Below, piece by piece: positions 15,383 through 26,468 of a DNA stretch of 64,000 nucleotides (positions are counted from its first letter, which is position 1; each line of letters starts with the position of its first letter). The notes beneath the pieces were generated by a model, which saw only the letters and a list, made by a program, of their open reading frames with translations, did not search any database and was not told the DNA's origin. The position numbers were made by a program, and so were the translations under genes. This DNA comes from Azolla caroliniana (lineage: Eukaryota > Plantae > Polypodiophyta): NCBI GenBank assembly GCA_043228905.1, contig JBHGNT010000022.1:9114001-9178000 (forward strand). The letters are read 5' to 3'.

Positions 15383-15625
15383 TCCCACAAGCCTCATAAT
15401 AGCAATACAATATCATCCATAATATTTCTCTCTGATATCACTAAGTGTTGATATAAAAGATATGTTAAAGTTTGGTATAAACCTATCTTCTTAATTACTG
15501 TTAGAAAGACACGCCTAGAAAGTTGAAGCGAATTTGGGTTACACATAGATCTGGCCTAGCTGTAAACATTCAAAGTTTGAAACCCCATTTACAATACATT
15601 AAGAGAAGGTGAATCCCTGTGTTTC

Positions 15626-15656
<31 letters not shown>

Positions 15657-17285
15657 TCCCACAAGCCTCATAATAGCAATACAATATCATCCATAATATT
15701 TCTCTCTGATATCACTAAGTGTTGATATAAAAGATATGTTAAAGTTTGGTATAAACCTATCTTCTTAATTACTGTTAGAAAGACACGCCTAGAAAGTTGA
15801 AGCGAATTTGGGTGATTCTTATTGGGATGAAAAAATGTCTCTCACAATCATAACCACGTGAAGTATCAACAGTTTAGATGAAATAGATTAATGGGACAAG
15901 CTATGTGAACTAGCACTAGGTTCTATATTAGTTGTTTGGTATAAACCTATCTTCTCAATTACTGTTAGAAAGACATGCCTAGAAAGATGACGCGAATTTG
16001 GGTGATTCTTATTGGGATGAAAAAATGTCTCTCACAACCATAACCATGTGAAGTATCATCAGTTTAGATGAAATAGATTAATGAGACAAGATATGTGAAC
16101 TAGCACTAGGTTCTATATTAGTTGTTTGGATAAGGCTTGTAGTTCTTAAGTTTCACATCCAATCTCTAGCTTATACATTAATTCATAAACCATAGAAGAG
16201 GAAGTGTTCCACGTCTTCAAAAGAAAAGAAGCTTAAAGATTATTTCCCCAGCCTCAAGTTCATTTACCATTACTCATGCCCTCTTGTAATTCTAGCAAGG
16301 TAAGAAGATCAATCCTCGTACTTCATTTCCAGGAGAAGAAAATATTATCTCATTGAGATTCGACTAAGGATAAAGGCAAGCTGAAAATTTACCAGAGAAG
16401 AACACATTTTGCTGTATATTCTGTTGCTAAAGTCTCCTTGCTTTTCTTCTCTTACAAATTCCATCAGTGCATCTATAGCAGCATCCTGAATTGCAGAAAT
16501 TGCAAATGAACTCACCTCAAAAAGACCCAAAATCATCCAAAACTGAATAGAATTAAATCTTCAGACGGAATTTAAACAATAGTTACATAAATCAGAAGGA
16601 AACTACATACAATCAAACCAGACACTAGACACAATCAGACAAAATTAGCATATTACCAAACTTGCAGTATACCCACTTCAACAGCAGAAAATGACACCCA
16701 AGAATTCCTAGATTTAAACTAAAATCACGTTAACTGAAATCACAACTTGATTAGAGTTTAGCCTCCGGTGAAACCACCTCCGTAACAGATAAAATAACCC
16801 AAATTAGCCTAATGTTAGATCAAATCAAACTAAAATTATAGAATCAAACGAAATTTTGAAAAATAAATTGATAAAAACCAAACCTGTACTGCTGAATCAA
16901 GAGATGGAGAGATTATGATTCGCAATAGAGAATCTATCAACTCATTATACTTCTCCCATATCCAGGTCTGATAAATCGCCTGAGCTTGATCCTTTTCCTT
17001 TCCGTCTCCCTCTTCTCGCAATCTCTTCTTCGCTCCTTCATAAATTTCAAGCGATAACTCTCCCTTGACAAACAGAGAGACAAAGAAGGTCTGCAGAGAA
17101 ATCAGGGCTTGTAACAAAGACGGAGTAGAAACAGAATCTTCTTCATCATCCGTTGCTTTAAGGAGGAGAGAGAGAAGAATGGCGGCATTGTTTATGTGAG
17201 CTTTGGAGCCTTGCAGTTCTTCTCCTAGTCTCTGAATGGACTCCAGAGAAAGAAGACCATTCTGGTTCTTCTTCGTGGGAGCCAT
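6820..17285 (-). CDS. NOC4: Nucleolar complex protein 4 homolog (CBF/Mak21 family); exons 16884-17285, 16393-16485, 14850-14923, 14717-14778, 14595-14637, 14397-14503, 14180-14244, 13967-14056, 10244-10302, 8793-8967, 8452-8625, 8132-8294, 7983-8040, 7249-7354, 6820-7143
   Basis: Spliced translation contains NOC4 hallmarks: DFLTSSYNKGGLISVMALSGLF, GLEYPDFYTKLYALL, LPSYLAAAFAKKL, NLLRRHP, SSLWEI. All 14 introns are GT-AG with matching phases. Confidence 0.93.
10763..11422 (+). pseudogene. Fragment homologous to the extra ORF (ORF3) of gypsy element A, in a NOC4 intron, antisense to NOC4
   Basis: DIPAAAHELAAIMQFWMTYELV versus DIPPAAHELAAILQFGTSYELV (~27447) is 17/22 identical; similarity continues through LAKEHEDK/LAQEHNDR, RIGKKR/KIGRKR and ALVEVHQE/ALVEIHRE. 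Confidence 0.8.
11660..13370 (+). mobile_element. Decayed non-LTR retrotransposon (LINE) RT and C-terminal region in a NOC4 intron
   Basis: Frameshifted motifs FVDFKKAFDKV (~11940), GVKQGC..SPTLF (~12112), LLYAD (~12258) and a C-terminal RLCTLCP zinc-finger-like motif (~13162). Confidence 0.8.
15265..16129. repeat. Two overlapping tandem duplications in NOC4 intron 2
   Basis: 274-bp unit 15265-15538 / 15539-15812, apparently identical including the (TA)n length; ~190-bp unit 15744-15933 / 15934-16129 with several substitutions. Confidence 0.9.
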
Positions 17286-17323
17286 GTCTACTTCCTTCCT
17301 GCAACGGAGAAGACCGAGAAGGA

Positions 17324-17414
17324 AAACCCTAAATTAATGCAGAGGGACGCTAAAGAAAGAGATTAGAGCAGAAAAACATTCGTGATTTCCCGGCAAATCC
17401 ATCACTTAGGGTTT
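17324..17414. promoter_or_regulatory. Two telo-boxes upstream of the NOC4 start codon
   Basis: AAACCCTAA at 17324-17332 and TTAGGGTTT at 17406-17414. Telo-boxes are typical of plant ribosome-biogenesis gene leaders and promoters. Confidence 0.6.
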
Positions 17415-18464
17415 AATTAGAAGAGGGGGAGGAGAAGATTTCCATTTAGCAAGAAAAACATTCTGGATTTTCCGGTCTAGTTTATCTCGGACTGTTTGTT
17501 TTCCTTTTCCCAGGGGCACTGGGGCAGCAGGATTTTGGTCGTACTCCCCGAATGGCCGCCATCGAGCTCATGGCCCCGATAGAGACACATTCGTATCCTC
17601 CCCAGGACAAAGCCAGGGTTGGGCGCCCGTCCAACACCAGCACCATCTGCCCCCCACAGCCCCACAGGGCTGTAGCAGATACCTTGCCTGCCTGCCCATG
17701 AGTTTCTTATCGTGTTTCCGAGTTTGCTTGCCATGTCCCCTCCTCTTCGCCAGGTGGAGAACAGTTCTCGGGGTTCTCATAATTGGACAAATACTGCACG
17801 TAAAACGACGACGAAACGGGCATCATGAGAACCTGCAATGACTTTTTTGAGCTTTGTCGAGACATGTCCCGGGAAACGGAGTTTCCCTCTCGGACCACCG
17901 ATAGTAGCTTGCTTACAATATAATGGGTCGACATTGCATTGTTCTATTATATGACGAACGTACAATTCCTACTTAGTTCCCCCCCAACCTCCTCCCACAG
18001 AATGTCATGGTGGTACCTCATTGAACAGAAAATTTGTTCTTTTGCTCATACATTTAGCACAAGCAAATATGTAACATCAGGGATCATTTTTATGGTGGTC
18101 GATATATGTCTTGGAGGGCAAATACATCCACTTGGATGCACCACCTCGTGTTTCTAGTTAAACCCCCAACCCACTCCATTGATGACAACTCACTGTCATG
18201 TGGTTCCTTCGAGTTCCTATTTTGATTTATCATTTTCTATGTCGATCTTTATCCTCACACCAACACAACAATGGACTTAATATGTCAACATATGTAAAAG
18301 TGCATTACCGCAACATGCACAGGCCTTTATCGAGATCATTACTCCAAACTAATCAAGAGCATTGTTTTTCTTTATCGAGATAGTTTTTGTTTAATGATGA
18401 ACACGATAGTAATTCCTTCTCTTCCAACTTGAAGCGTGACCTTGAGCTTTGAAGGCATAAGATT

Positions 18465-19214
18465 TCTTCAACCAATAGCATTAACCAGAGATCGAAGGAG
18501 GGAGGATTCTCCCTTGAGAGGACAATCGACCTTATTGCACCGAACGGAGGTGCTATAGGCCGCCGAGGCATATTTGCACCATTTCATCGTCGTCAATATT
18601 AACATTGATTGACCCGAGGGAGTCCCACAACTCCTTGGTGTAGATGTTGATTGACATATCCCTCTGTTGGATACTATTAAAATCTTGATGGAGTTAAAGT
18701 TTTTGTGCGGTTGTGTTGGCCATGAATATCTTTTTGAGGTTCCCCCACATCTCCTTTGGCATTTTGGCCTCTCCAGATGTAGCCCAACATGTGATCATGA
18801 ACGCATGATGCAAGGCAGTACAACACACGGCTTGTCGTTTGCTCTCATGATGGGTAGTCGGTGTGTGTTGGGTTGGGTTGCATTTCTTGTGTTCCCCCAA
18901 TATAACTCCAATAACCTTGGCCGACAAGGTATTGGTGCATCTTGTACTCCTAAGATGCGAAGTTGTTTCTCTCCAGCTTTTCACTGGGGAGAGAGTTGCC
19001 CATCTGGGTGTTCATGATGGTCGACTTGTGATTTCTTCTTCTCTGTGGTACAAACTATGCAGGGTTGTTGTCACAATGATTGATTGGTTCTTCGTGAATG
19101 TCAGCATAAGCACAACACACACGGATGGGCTTGGATCAACCTACCAATTGCCCTGATACCATGTAACGAATCGGTGTGATTTTGTGCAGCGGAAGAGATG
19201 TGTGTGTGTGTGTG

Positions 19215-19250
<36 letters not shown>
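18465..19250 (-). mobile_element. Truncated Ty1/copia 5' fragment (LTR end, PBS, gag), same family as 48158-51275
   Basis: Minus strand reads ...GTTACA then TGGTATCAGGGC (tRNA-iMet PBS, 19150-19161); gag EYKMHQYLVGQGYWSYI; LTR remnant 19162-19250 matches the end of LTR 48158-48607. Confidence 0.85.
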
Positions 19251-19255
<5 letters not shown>

Positions 19256-20029
19256 AAATGTTTAGGATGACAAGGATCTGTGGTGAAGAAAGGCTTTATT
19301 TTTTGACACTTGGGTTGTCCATTAGGTATTAATGTTACAAATGGTCAACTGATTGAATGGATGTCTAGTAAGTTGAGGGATAAGTTCATGTATTGGAAGT
19401 CACAATCTTGGTCATCTCATGTACACTTGAAGGTTGTATAACGTATTATGGAACCCATGATATTATATTACTTGTCACTGTTGCCATGGACAAAGAAGGC
19501 TTTGCATTCTGTATTGCAACCTCGTCGATATTTGTTGTGGAAGAAGAGGGATAAGTTGGGAATCGCATGGGTTGCGTGGAATCATCTAGCAACCCCTAAG
19601 CGGTTGGGGGGCGCTGGAATTTTGAACTTATCTATGCATATGATGGCTCGTAGATTTTCATTATTACAAGACATGTGTTCAAACTTACATGGATATCTGT
19701 TGTTCAATATTTCATTGAGAACAAGGGTTGAATACATGGGAGGACAACGATTAAGGCTTCATGGTGGCAATTACTGAATGAATGTATTTCACTTAGGATT
19801 ACGTGCTCTTCATGTGTTCAACACTTGGTTACCTCATGGCAAGAAGCACTCTTGTTATGTGTATGGAAACCATCATCTTGTAGACAACACTGTAATTCTT
19901 TGCAAAAAGAGTTACTTGTGTCTTCTCGATTATTATGTTGGCCAGGAAAGGAGAGATTGCACTCTCAATTTAATCATTTGTTTCGTTTGGGGGTCAAAAA
20001 GGTGGGAGATATAGTCGAGGCTCCATCTC

Positions 20030-20485
20030 TGTTACCCGGACCCGGATAGTCAGTTTTACTGAACAAGTGGGAAAGCGTCGAAAACGGAGTCGGTTCGGAT
20101 CGACTGTTCGGATCAATGACTCAGCAGTGAACAAAGAGAACTAAGTTAGTTAGATAATTTTGTAATTCTTGATAGTAAGTAGGAATAGTTCTTGATGAGA
20201 AAAGACCTTCGGTATACCTATAAAAGGGAACCGAAGGCATTGTAAGAAAGGTCGTTTATTTAGTAATATAAGTTTAAGTTAGGAATATCATGTACGGATT
20301 TTGTGTTCTTTCTATTGTCTATGTTGTTAAGTGCAATCTTCCTAATTTATAACTGAGTAACGATCACGGTAATTACCGATTAATATAGTATATTTCCGTT
20401 CGTAAAACACAATTCCTTGTTAGAATGTTGAGTAGCGACGTTCACTCTTCTGTATCGGTAGTAGTTAGTAATTAGCCGATTAACA
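20030..20485 (+). repeat. 5' LTR of element A
   Basis: Direct repeat of 28981-29436; TATAAAA at 20219-20225. Confidence 0.97.
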
Positions 20486-20496
20486 CAGAAGAAATT

Positions 20497-20509
20497 TGGC
20501 ACGCCCGGT
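20497..20509 (+). promoter_or_regulatory. Primer-binding site, probably tRNA-Arg(UCU)
   Basis: TGGCACGCCCGGT is complementary to the recalled plant tRNA-Arg 3' end ...ACCGGGCGTG-CCA; it lies 11 nt from the LTR. Confidence 0.75.
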
Positions 20510-20544
20510 TACATCTGCAATTAAGCAGAGAACAAATCGAATGG

Positions 20545-23500
20545 ATGTCGTATGAAGAGGAGACATCGGTCGGTTGTAAGCGCCCTCGTACAAGGTCAGT
20601 TACGAAGGCAGTGCAGGAAGCGTTCATTGCACAAGAACAGCCGGAATCAAGCACAAAGTGGTCGAAACTTCCTGACTTATCCGATCAATTACCTTCAGAC
20701 GAAAAACAGACGGAAGAGGTATCGTTTTACGACATTTGCGACGATATGCCTTATACTTATTCTAAGTTCCGGGAAGGAACAGATGCGGAAGCACATGTTA
20801 GGGATTTCTTAACGACATGGGAGATTAACCATGGAGCTCAGCGATTGTCGGCAGATGCCGAAGATAAGTCAAAAATCGCTGAGTTCGTCTTATCATTAGA
20901 AGGATATTCCGCCAATTGGTTTGCGCAGAACGGTCTTCAAGGATTTCCATCCTTTGAAGTGTTAACTAGTAAATTTTTACAATTATTTCATCAACAAATT
21001 CCGTAGAAGGATTTGATTGCGCAATTTTATGCGTTATATCAAGAAAAAAATGAAACAGTATCTCAGTTTGTGATACGATTTCAGAACTTACAGCTTCAGA
21101 TTTCAAGGCCGATTCCGGATAATGAATTAAAAGAAGTCTTTCTAGAAGCTGTAAAAGAACCATTAAGGACGACATTGAAAGTGTTCGATTTTCGAAATCA
21201 AACTATCGAACAAGTAATTGATAAAGCAATAAAAATGGGTCGACCACCGGTCAATGTTCAGAGTATGGACATGTCGGCATTACAACGTACATTACCAACA
21301 ATAGAGGAGTTACAATTTCGTCAAGCAGTTCAATGCACCACTTGTTTAAATACGGGGCATTCGGCAATTGAATGTACGTTAAGAACACATTGTACAATAT
21401 GTCATTCAAAATTACATTCAGTAGAACAATGTGAATATAATCTGCTTAATAAAACTACGGCGTCAGTACGACAAATTTTTACTGACAATGGTTACCAAAA
21501 TAACACTAATTTGTTCAATGGTTATCAAAATAATAATTTTTCACAAAATCAGCAAAATGTACAACAAAATCCAACTTTTCAACAAAATCCGGTTCTACAG
21601 CTAAATCAGATCTTTTCACAACAAAATATGCAACCCACTCAAGTAACTCAAGCATTTCAACCAGGTTTTGCTCAAGCCAACCCACCATTCGTATAGAATC
21701 CGAATCAATATTTTCAACAAAATAATCAAAGTTTCCAACAAGGTAACCCACCATTTCAAGGGTTTCAACATAATTGTCCGAATGTGCAACCGAATTCTGC
21801 ATTTCAACCAAATCCGGCATTTCAACCGGGTAATATGACCTTTCAACATAATACTCAAACCGTTCCACAAAATAATCAAATGTTTCAACAGAATAATTTT
21901 CCGCCAAATCAGGAGTTCGGGATAGCACAAAATGTAGCACAACCAAATGATAATACCGAACAATTTAGGCAGAATCGGTATAAAAATAAGAAATTTTACA
22001 AACCAAAAGCTACACGTCAATTCCAACAAAACCCGAGTGGTAATGAAGAGCAGCAATTTAATAACGGCCAATTTGCACATGGAGAGACCGGTGGAACATT
22101 TGTACCCACTTGTTATATTTGTCGACAACTAGGCCATTATGCTAATCAATGTCCGGTTAAAGGAAAGGGTCCAGCAGTTAATATGGTAATACCGGAAGTT
22201 CAGCAAGTAACGACACGCAGCAAAAGCAAACAATCAGAGTGGGAAATTCAGGAAGAGGTTCGGAAGGCGGCAAAAGAATGGGTTGACGAAGCAAATCAAA
22301 GTAATGTGAATTGAATGTTACAAGACAATAACATTGACCAGAACATCGTTGTACAACAGTCATTGGGGAATAAGGAACAGGAAGAAACTTGGAAACTGTT
22401 GGCTGATTGCCAAGTGTCATTGCCACTTACGGGCTTACTTAAGTTAGTACCAAGGTTTACAGAAAAAGTGGCAGCATTAATTGCATATAAAGGTTCCGAA
22501 CAAATAGCAGTACACTACAATTAGCCAAGTAATAACCCTTCGATCATGGATGAACAGAATCCGTCGATTAAAGTAATACTTTACGGGCAAGAAATCGGAA
22601 ATGTGATTATAGATGGAGGCTCGGGAGTTAATGTGATTAACAAAACTACATGTGAAAAACTAGGAATCACGGAATGGGAAGCATGTCCGTTTTGGTTACG
22701 AATGGCAGATACAAGTACGGTACGACCGATTGGTTTGCTTCGACAACTGGATGTAATAATCGGGGGACACAGTTTTCAGATTTCGGCAGTAATTTTGCAG
22801 TTAGAAACACAGGGAGCATACCCCTTGTTATTGGGGAGACCATGGTTAAAGACAACTAATATCAAACAAAATTGGAAACAAAATGTGCTAACATTTAGGA
22901 AAGGAAAAACTAAGGTCAGGATTCCGACGCACAACAAAGTGACAACAAGCAAACAGAGTTTACCGGTACATGCAGAAGCAGTTAATATGATGGAAGGATT
23001 GGACGAGGAAGAAGAAAGTCAGTATTTTAATGATAATCAGAAAATCATCCCTCTATTTGAGGTAGATATTTTGCAAGCATTAACACCATATGTAGACTCA
23101 CACGAAGAAGTGCCAATAGATGAGCAAACAATGAAAGAAATACGAATGCAACAAGAAGCTACAGATAAGGAAATGAAGGTATCTCAGAGAGTGCAAGCCT
23201 CAGCATTAGAGGAGATCGATTTGGCAGGAGTAGAGGATGGTGAAAGAAAAACAGTCTTGATTGCTAGAGATTTGGCGGAAAATGACAAACGGACATTAAC
23301 AACATTACTATTACAATATAAAGATGTTTTTGCATGGTCGTTTGACGATATGAAAGGTCTGGATCCCGCTTTTTGTCAACATCAAATCAATTTGCATAAA
23401 GATGCAAAGCCAGTACAACAACGCAGGTACAGGTTGAATCCGAATTATGCTATCAAAGTAAAAGAAGAAATCGATAAACTCTTAAAAGTAGGATTTATTC

Positions 23501-26088
23501 GACCCGTCAAAAAATCAACATGGCTGAGTCCGATAGTAGTAGTCCCGAAAAAGAATGGGAAAATTCGCGTATGTGTGGATTACAGAAAATTGAATGCAGC
23601 GACAATTACAGATGCGTTTCCGTTGCCATTCACAGATGGGATATTAGATGCAGTAGCTGGACATGAAATTTATAGTTTATTGGATGGGTTCAGTGGGTAC
23701 AACCAAGTACGGATGAATCCGGAAGATCAGGAAAAGACAGCTTTTGTCACAGAATGGGGTGTCTTTGTGGCAGTAGTAATGATGTTCAGTTTAAAAACAG
23801 CTCCAACTACATTTCAGCGGGTAATACAGGAAATATTTGGGGAATATATTCCAGCTTTCATGCAGGTGTTTTTAGATGATTTTGCGGTATATAGTCGGAA
23901 AGCTGATCATTTTGAGCATTTACGGCTATGTTTAGAAAAATGTCGAAAAGGGCGTCTTAGCTTAAATCCAGCCAAATGCGCATTCGGAGTAATGAGTGGT
24001 ACGTTACTTGGGCATATTATCAGTCAAGAAGGGATTGCAGTGGACCCAGACAAAGTTAAAGCAATTATTGAGGCAACACAACCGACAAATGCTAAAGCTC
24101 TAAGTAGATTTTTGGGTCAAATTCGGTGGCACAGTAGAATGATGAGATATCTAGCAGACATTGCTATTCCGTTACACACAGCAGTACACAAAGTTCCTTT
24201 TATATGGACAAGTATAGAACAAGATGCATACGAATGTCTCAAGAAGATGCTGACAAAGGTTCCGGTAGTCCAACCACCGGACTGGAACAAACCATTTCAT
24301 GTTTTCGTCGATGCGTCGGACATTGCCATAGGCAGTGCTTTAATGCAATTATCCGAACCAAACTGGTATAGACCGGTATACTATGCCAGTAGGAAACTTT
24401 CGTCGGCCGAAAGAAACTATTCAACAACCGAAAGAGAAGCTTTGGGAATGATATATAGTGTGAACAAATTTCGACATTACCTTTTGGGTAAGAAATTTAC
24501 ATTTCATGTGGATCATTCGGCTCTACTGTATCTAGTTTCCAAACAAGAATTGACAGGCAAGTTAGCCAGATGGACGTTATTGCTTCAAGAGTTTGAATTC
24601 GACATTATACATCGACCAGGAGCACAGCACGCGATTGCTGACTATCTCAGTCGGCTTGAATCTGGAGAAGAAGTGGTTGGTGTTAAAGATGATTTTCCAG
24701 ATACTCAATTATTTCGGGTTGAGACAGTAAAAGCACAAGAAATGAATGAGGAAAAAGAGGATGAATGGATTTCCGAAATGACGATATTTCTATCAACAGG
24801 AATTCCGGCCGAACACATGTCGACGGATGAAAGAAAAAGAATTGCAGTACGAAGTCGAAATTTTTGTTTATTTAATGACATGTTGTATCATAAAGGAGCG
24901 GATGGAATATGGCGAAGGGCAGTACGGAAATTTGAAAAATTAGCCATATTAACAGAGTCACATTGTGGAATTGCTGGCGGTCATTACGCAGGAGAAGCAA
25001 CAGCCAGAAAAATATGGAATAGCGGGTTATGGTGGCCAACGGTGATGAAAGATGCTAACGAATATTGTAAGAAATGCGATTTGTGTCAAAGAATGGGGCA
25101 ACCGACCGAAAAGGATAGAATGCCTTTTCAACCGGTTTTACCTCTTGAGCCATTTCAGAAATGGGGCTTAGATTTTGTTGGCCCATTCAAACTAGCAGCT
25201 GCAAGAACCGGTAATCGATATATCATAATTGCGACTGACTATTGCACAAAATGGGTTGAAGCAAAAGCTCTCAAAGACAATACAGCAGCATCCACAGCAA
25301 AATTCCTGTATGAAAATATATGGTGTCGATTCGGTTGCCCAATAGAATTGGTAAGCGATCAAGGCACTCATTTTATTAACAAGTTAATTCATGAATTAAC
25401 TAATTATTATGTCGTAGTTCATAAGAAAAGTACGCCTTACTATCCCCAAGCTAATGGATTGGCAGAATCGACAAATAAAACAATTCAAACAATTTTAAAG
25501 AAGATAGTGAATGAAAATCGTACTGATTGGGATCAAAAGTTAAATAGTGCATTATGGGCATATCGTACTTCGTACAAAACATCCATTAAATCAACACCTT
25601 TCCGAATGGCATTCGGACTTGAAGCTGTTATGCCGATCGAATTTCAAATTCCGACACTTCGTATCCAAGCGACGAATAAGTTAAATGAAATAGAATCGGA
25701 GCAGATACGCAAAGAGGCTTTATTAGTATTAGAAGAAGAACGGATTCAATCAATGTCAGCACTAGAACACAAGCAGAGACAAATCAAGGCATTCGTAAAT
25801 CGACATCGAAGGAAATCGGAAGAGCAATTCGAAATTGGGAAACCGGTATTGGTATTCCAGACGAAAATGGGACTTATGCCTGGGAAACTCCGGTATAGAT
25901 GGACAGGTCCAGTATGGATAATTAATAGTAAAAATGGTACGTATCAGCTGGGATCATTAACCGGAGAGGTTTTACCGAAATGGGTAAATGGATTCCGGCT
26001 TAAACCGTATTTGGGAGATATGCCGGTAAACCCGTTTATGCAAACGGAAGAAAAAAAAAAAAAAAAAAAAAAAAAACTAACTAACTAA
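20545..26088 (+). pseudogene. gag-pol of element A, a single frame interrupted by four stops
   Basis: ORFs 20545, 21013, 21784, 22315 and 22546 are all in frame; stops TAG 21004, TAG 21694, TGA 22312, TAG 22522. Three CCHC knuckles, PR IIDGGSGVNV, RT FLDDF, RH DASD...EREALG, INT HHCC and DDE (GLDFVGP, SDQG, NGLAE). Confidence 0.95.
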
Positions 26089-26468
26089 CTAACTCACTCA
26101 ATAGTTCTTGTCAAATGCAGAAATAGAATCTTGCCATAACATTCTGAATCGACTATAAATAGCAAGAGGAATTGCATTATTATTAGTAAGTGGTACAACC
26201 ACTACACGTAGAGTTATTACTAATTAATTCCTACATTAATAGCAATTACTATTCTTTAGTCATAATGCATAAGTTAATATCTTTAAAGCATATTTCTGTA
26301 TCTTCTGTGTCGCCAAAGCAACAGAAACGAGTGCAGATCTCGAAACATTCTGAGCCTTCGTGCCCTAGCTCGCCCAAACTCTGTTTTTCTGATTTTCATC
26401 GCTACAGAAGCTGTGCAGATCTCCAACCGTCATCGACAAGTGATTCAAAACAAGCAAACACAGAAGTC

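Noticed and set aside
17477-17965. Short GC-richer ORFs upstream of NOC4 as a separate gene
   Set aside because: Overlapping short frames with no recognisable family or splice structure.
26051-26076. Poly-A tail of a retroposed insertion
   Set aside because: No TSD or inserted body; it directly follows the integrase end and looks like a slippage-expanded run.
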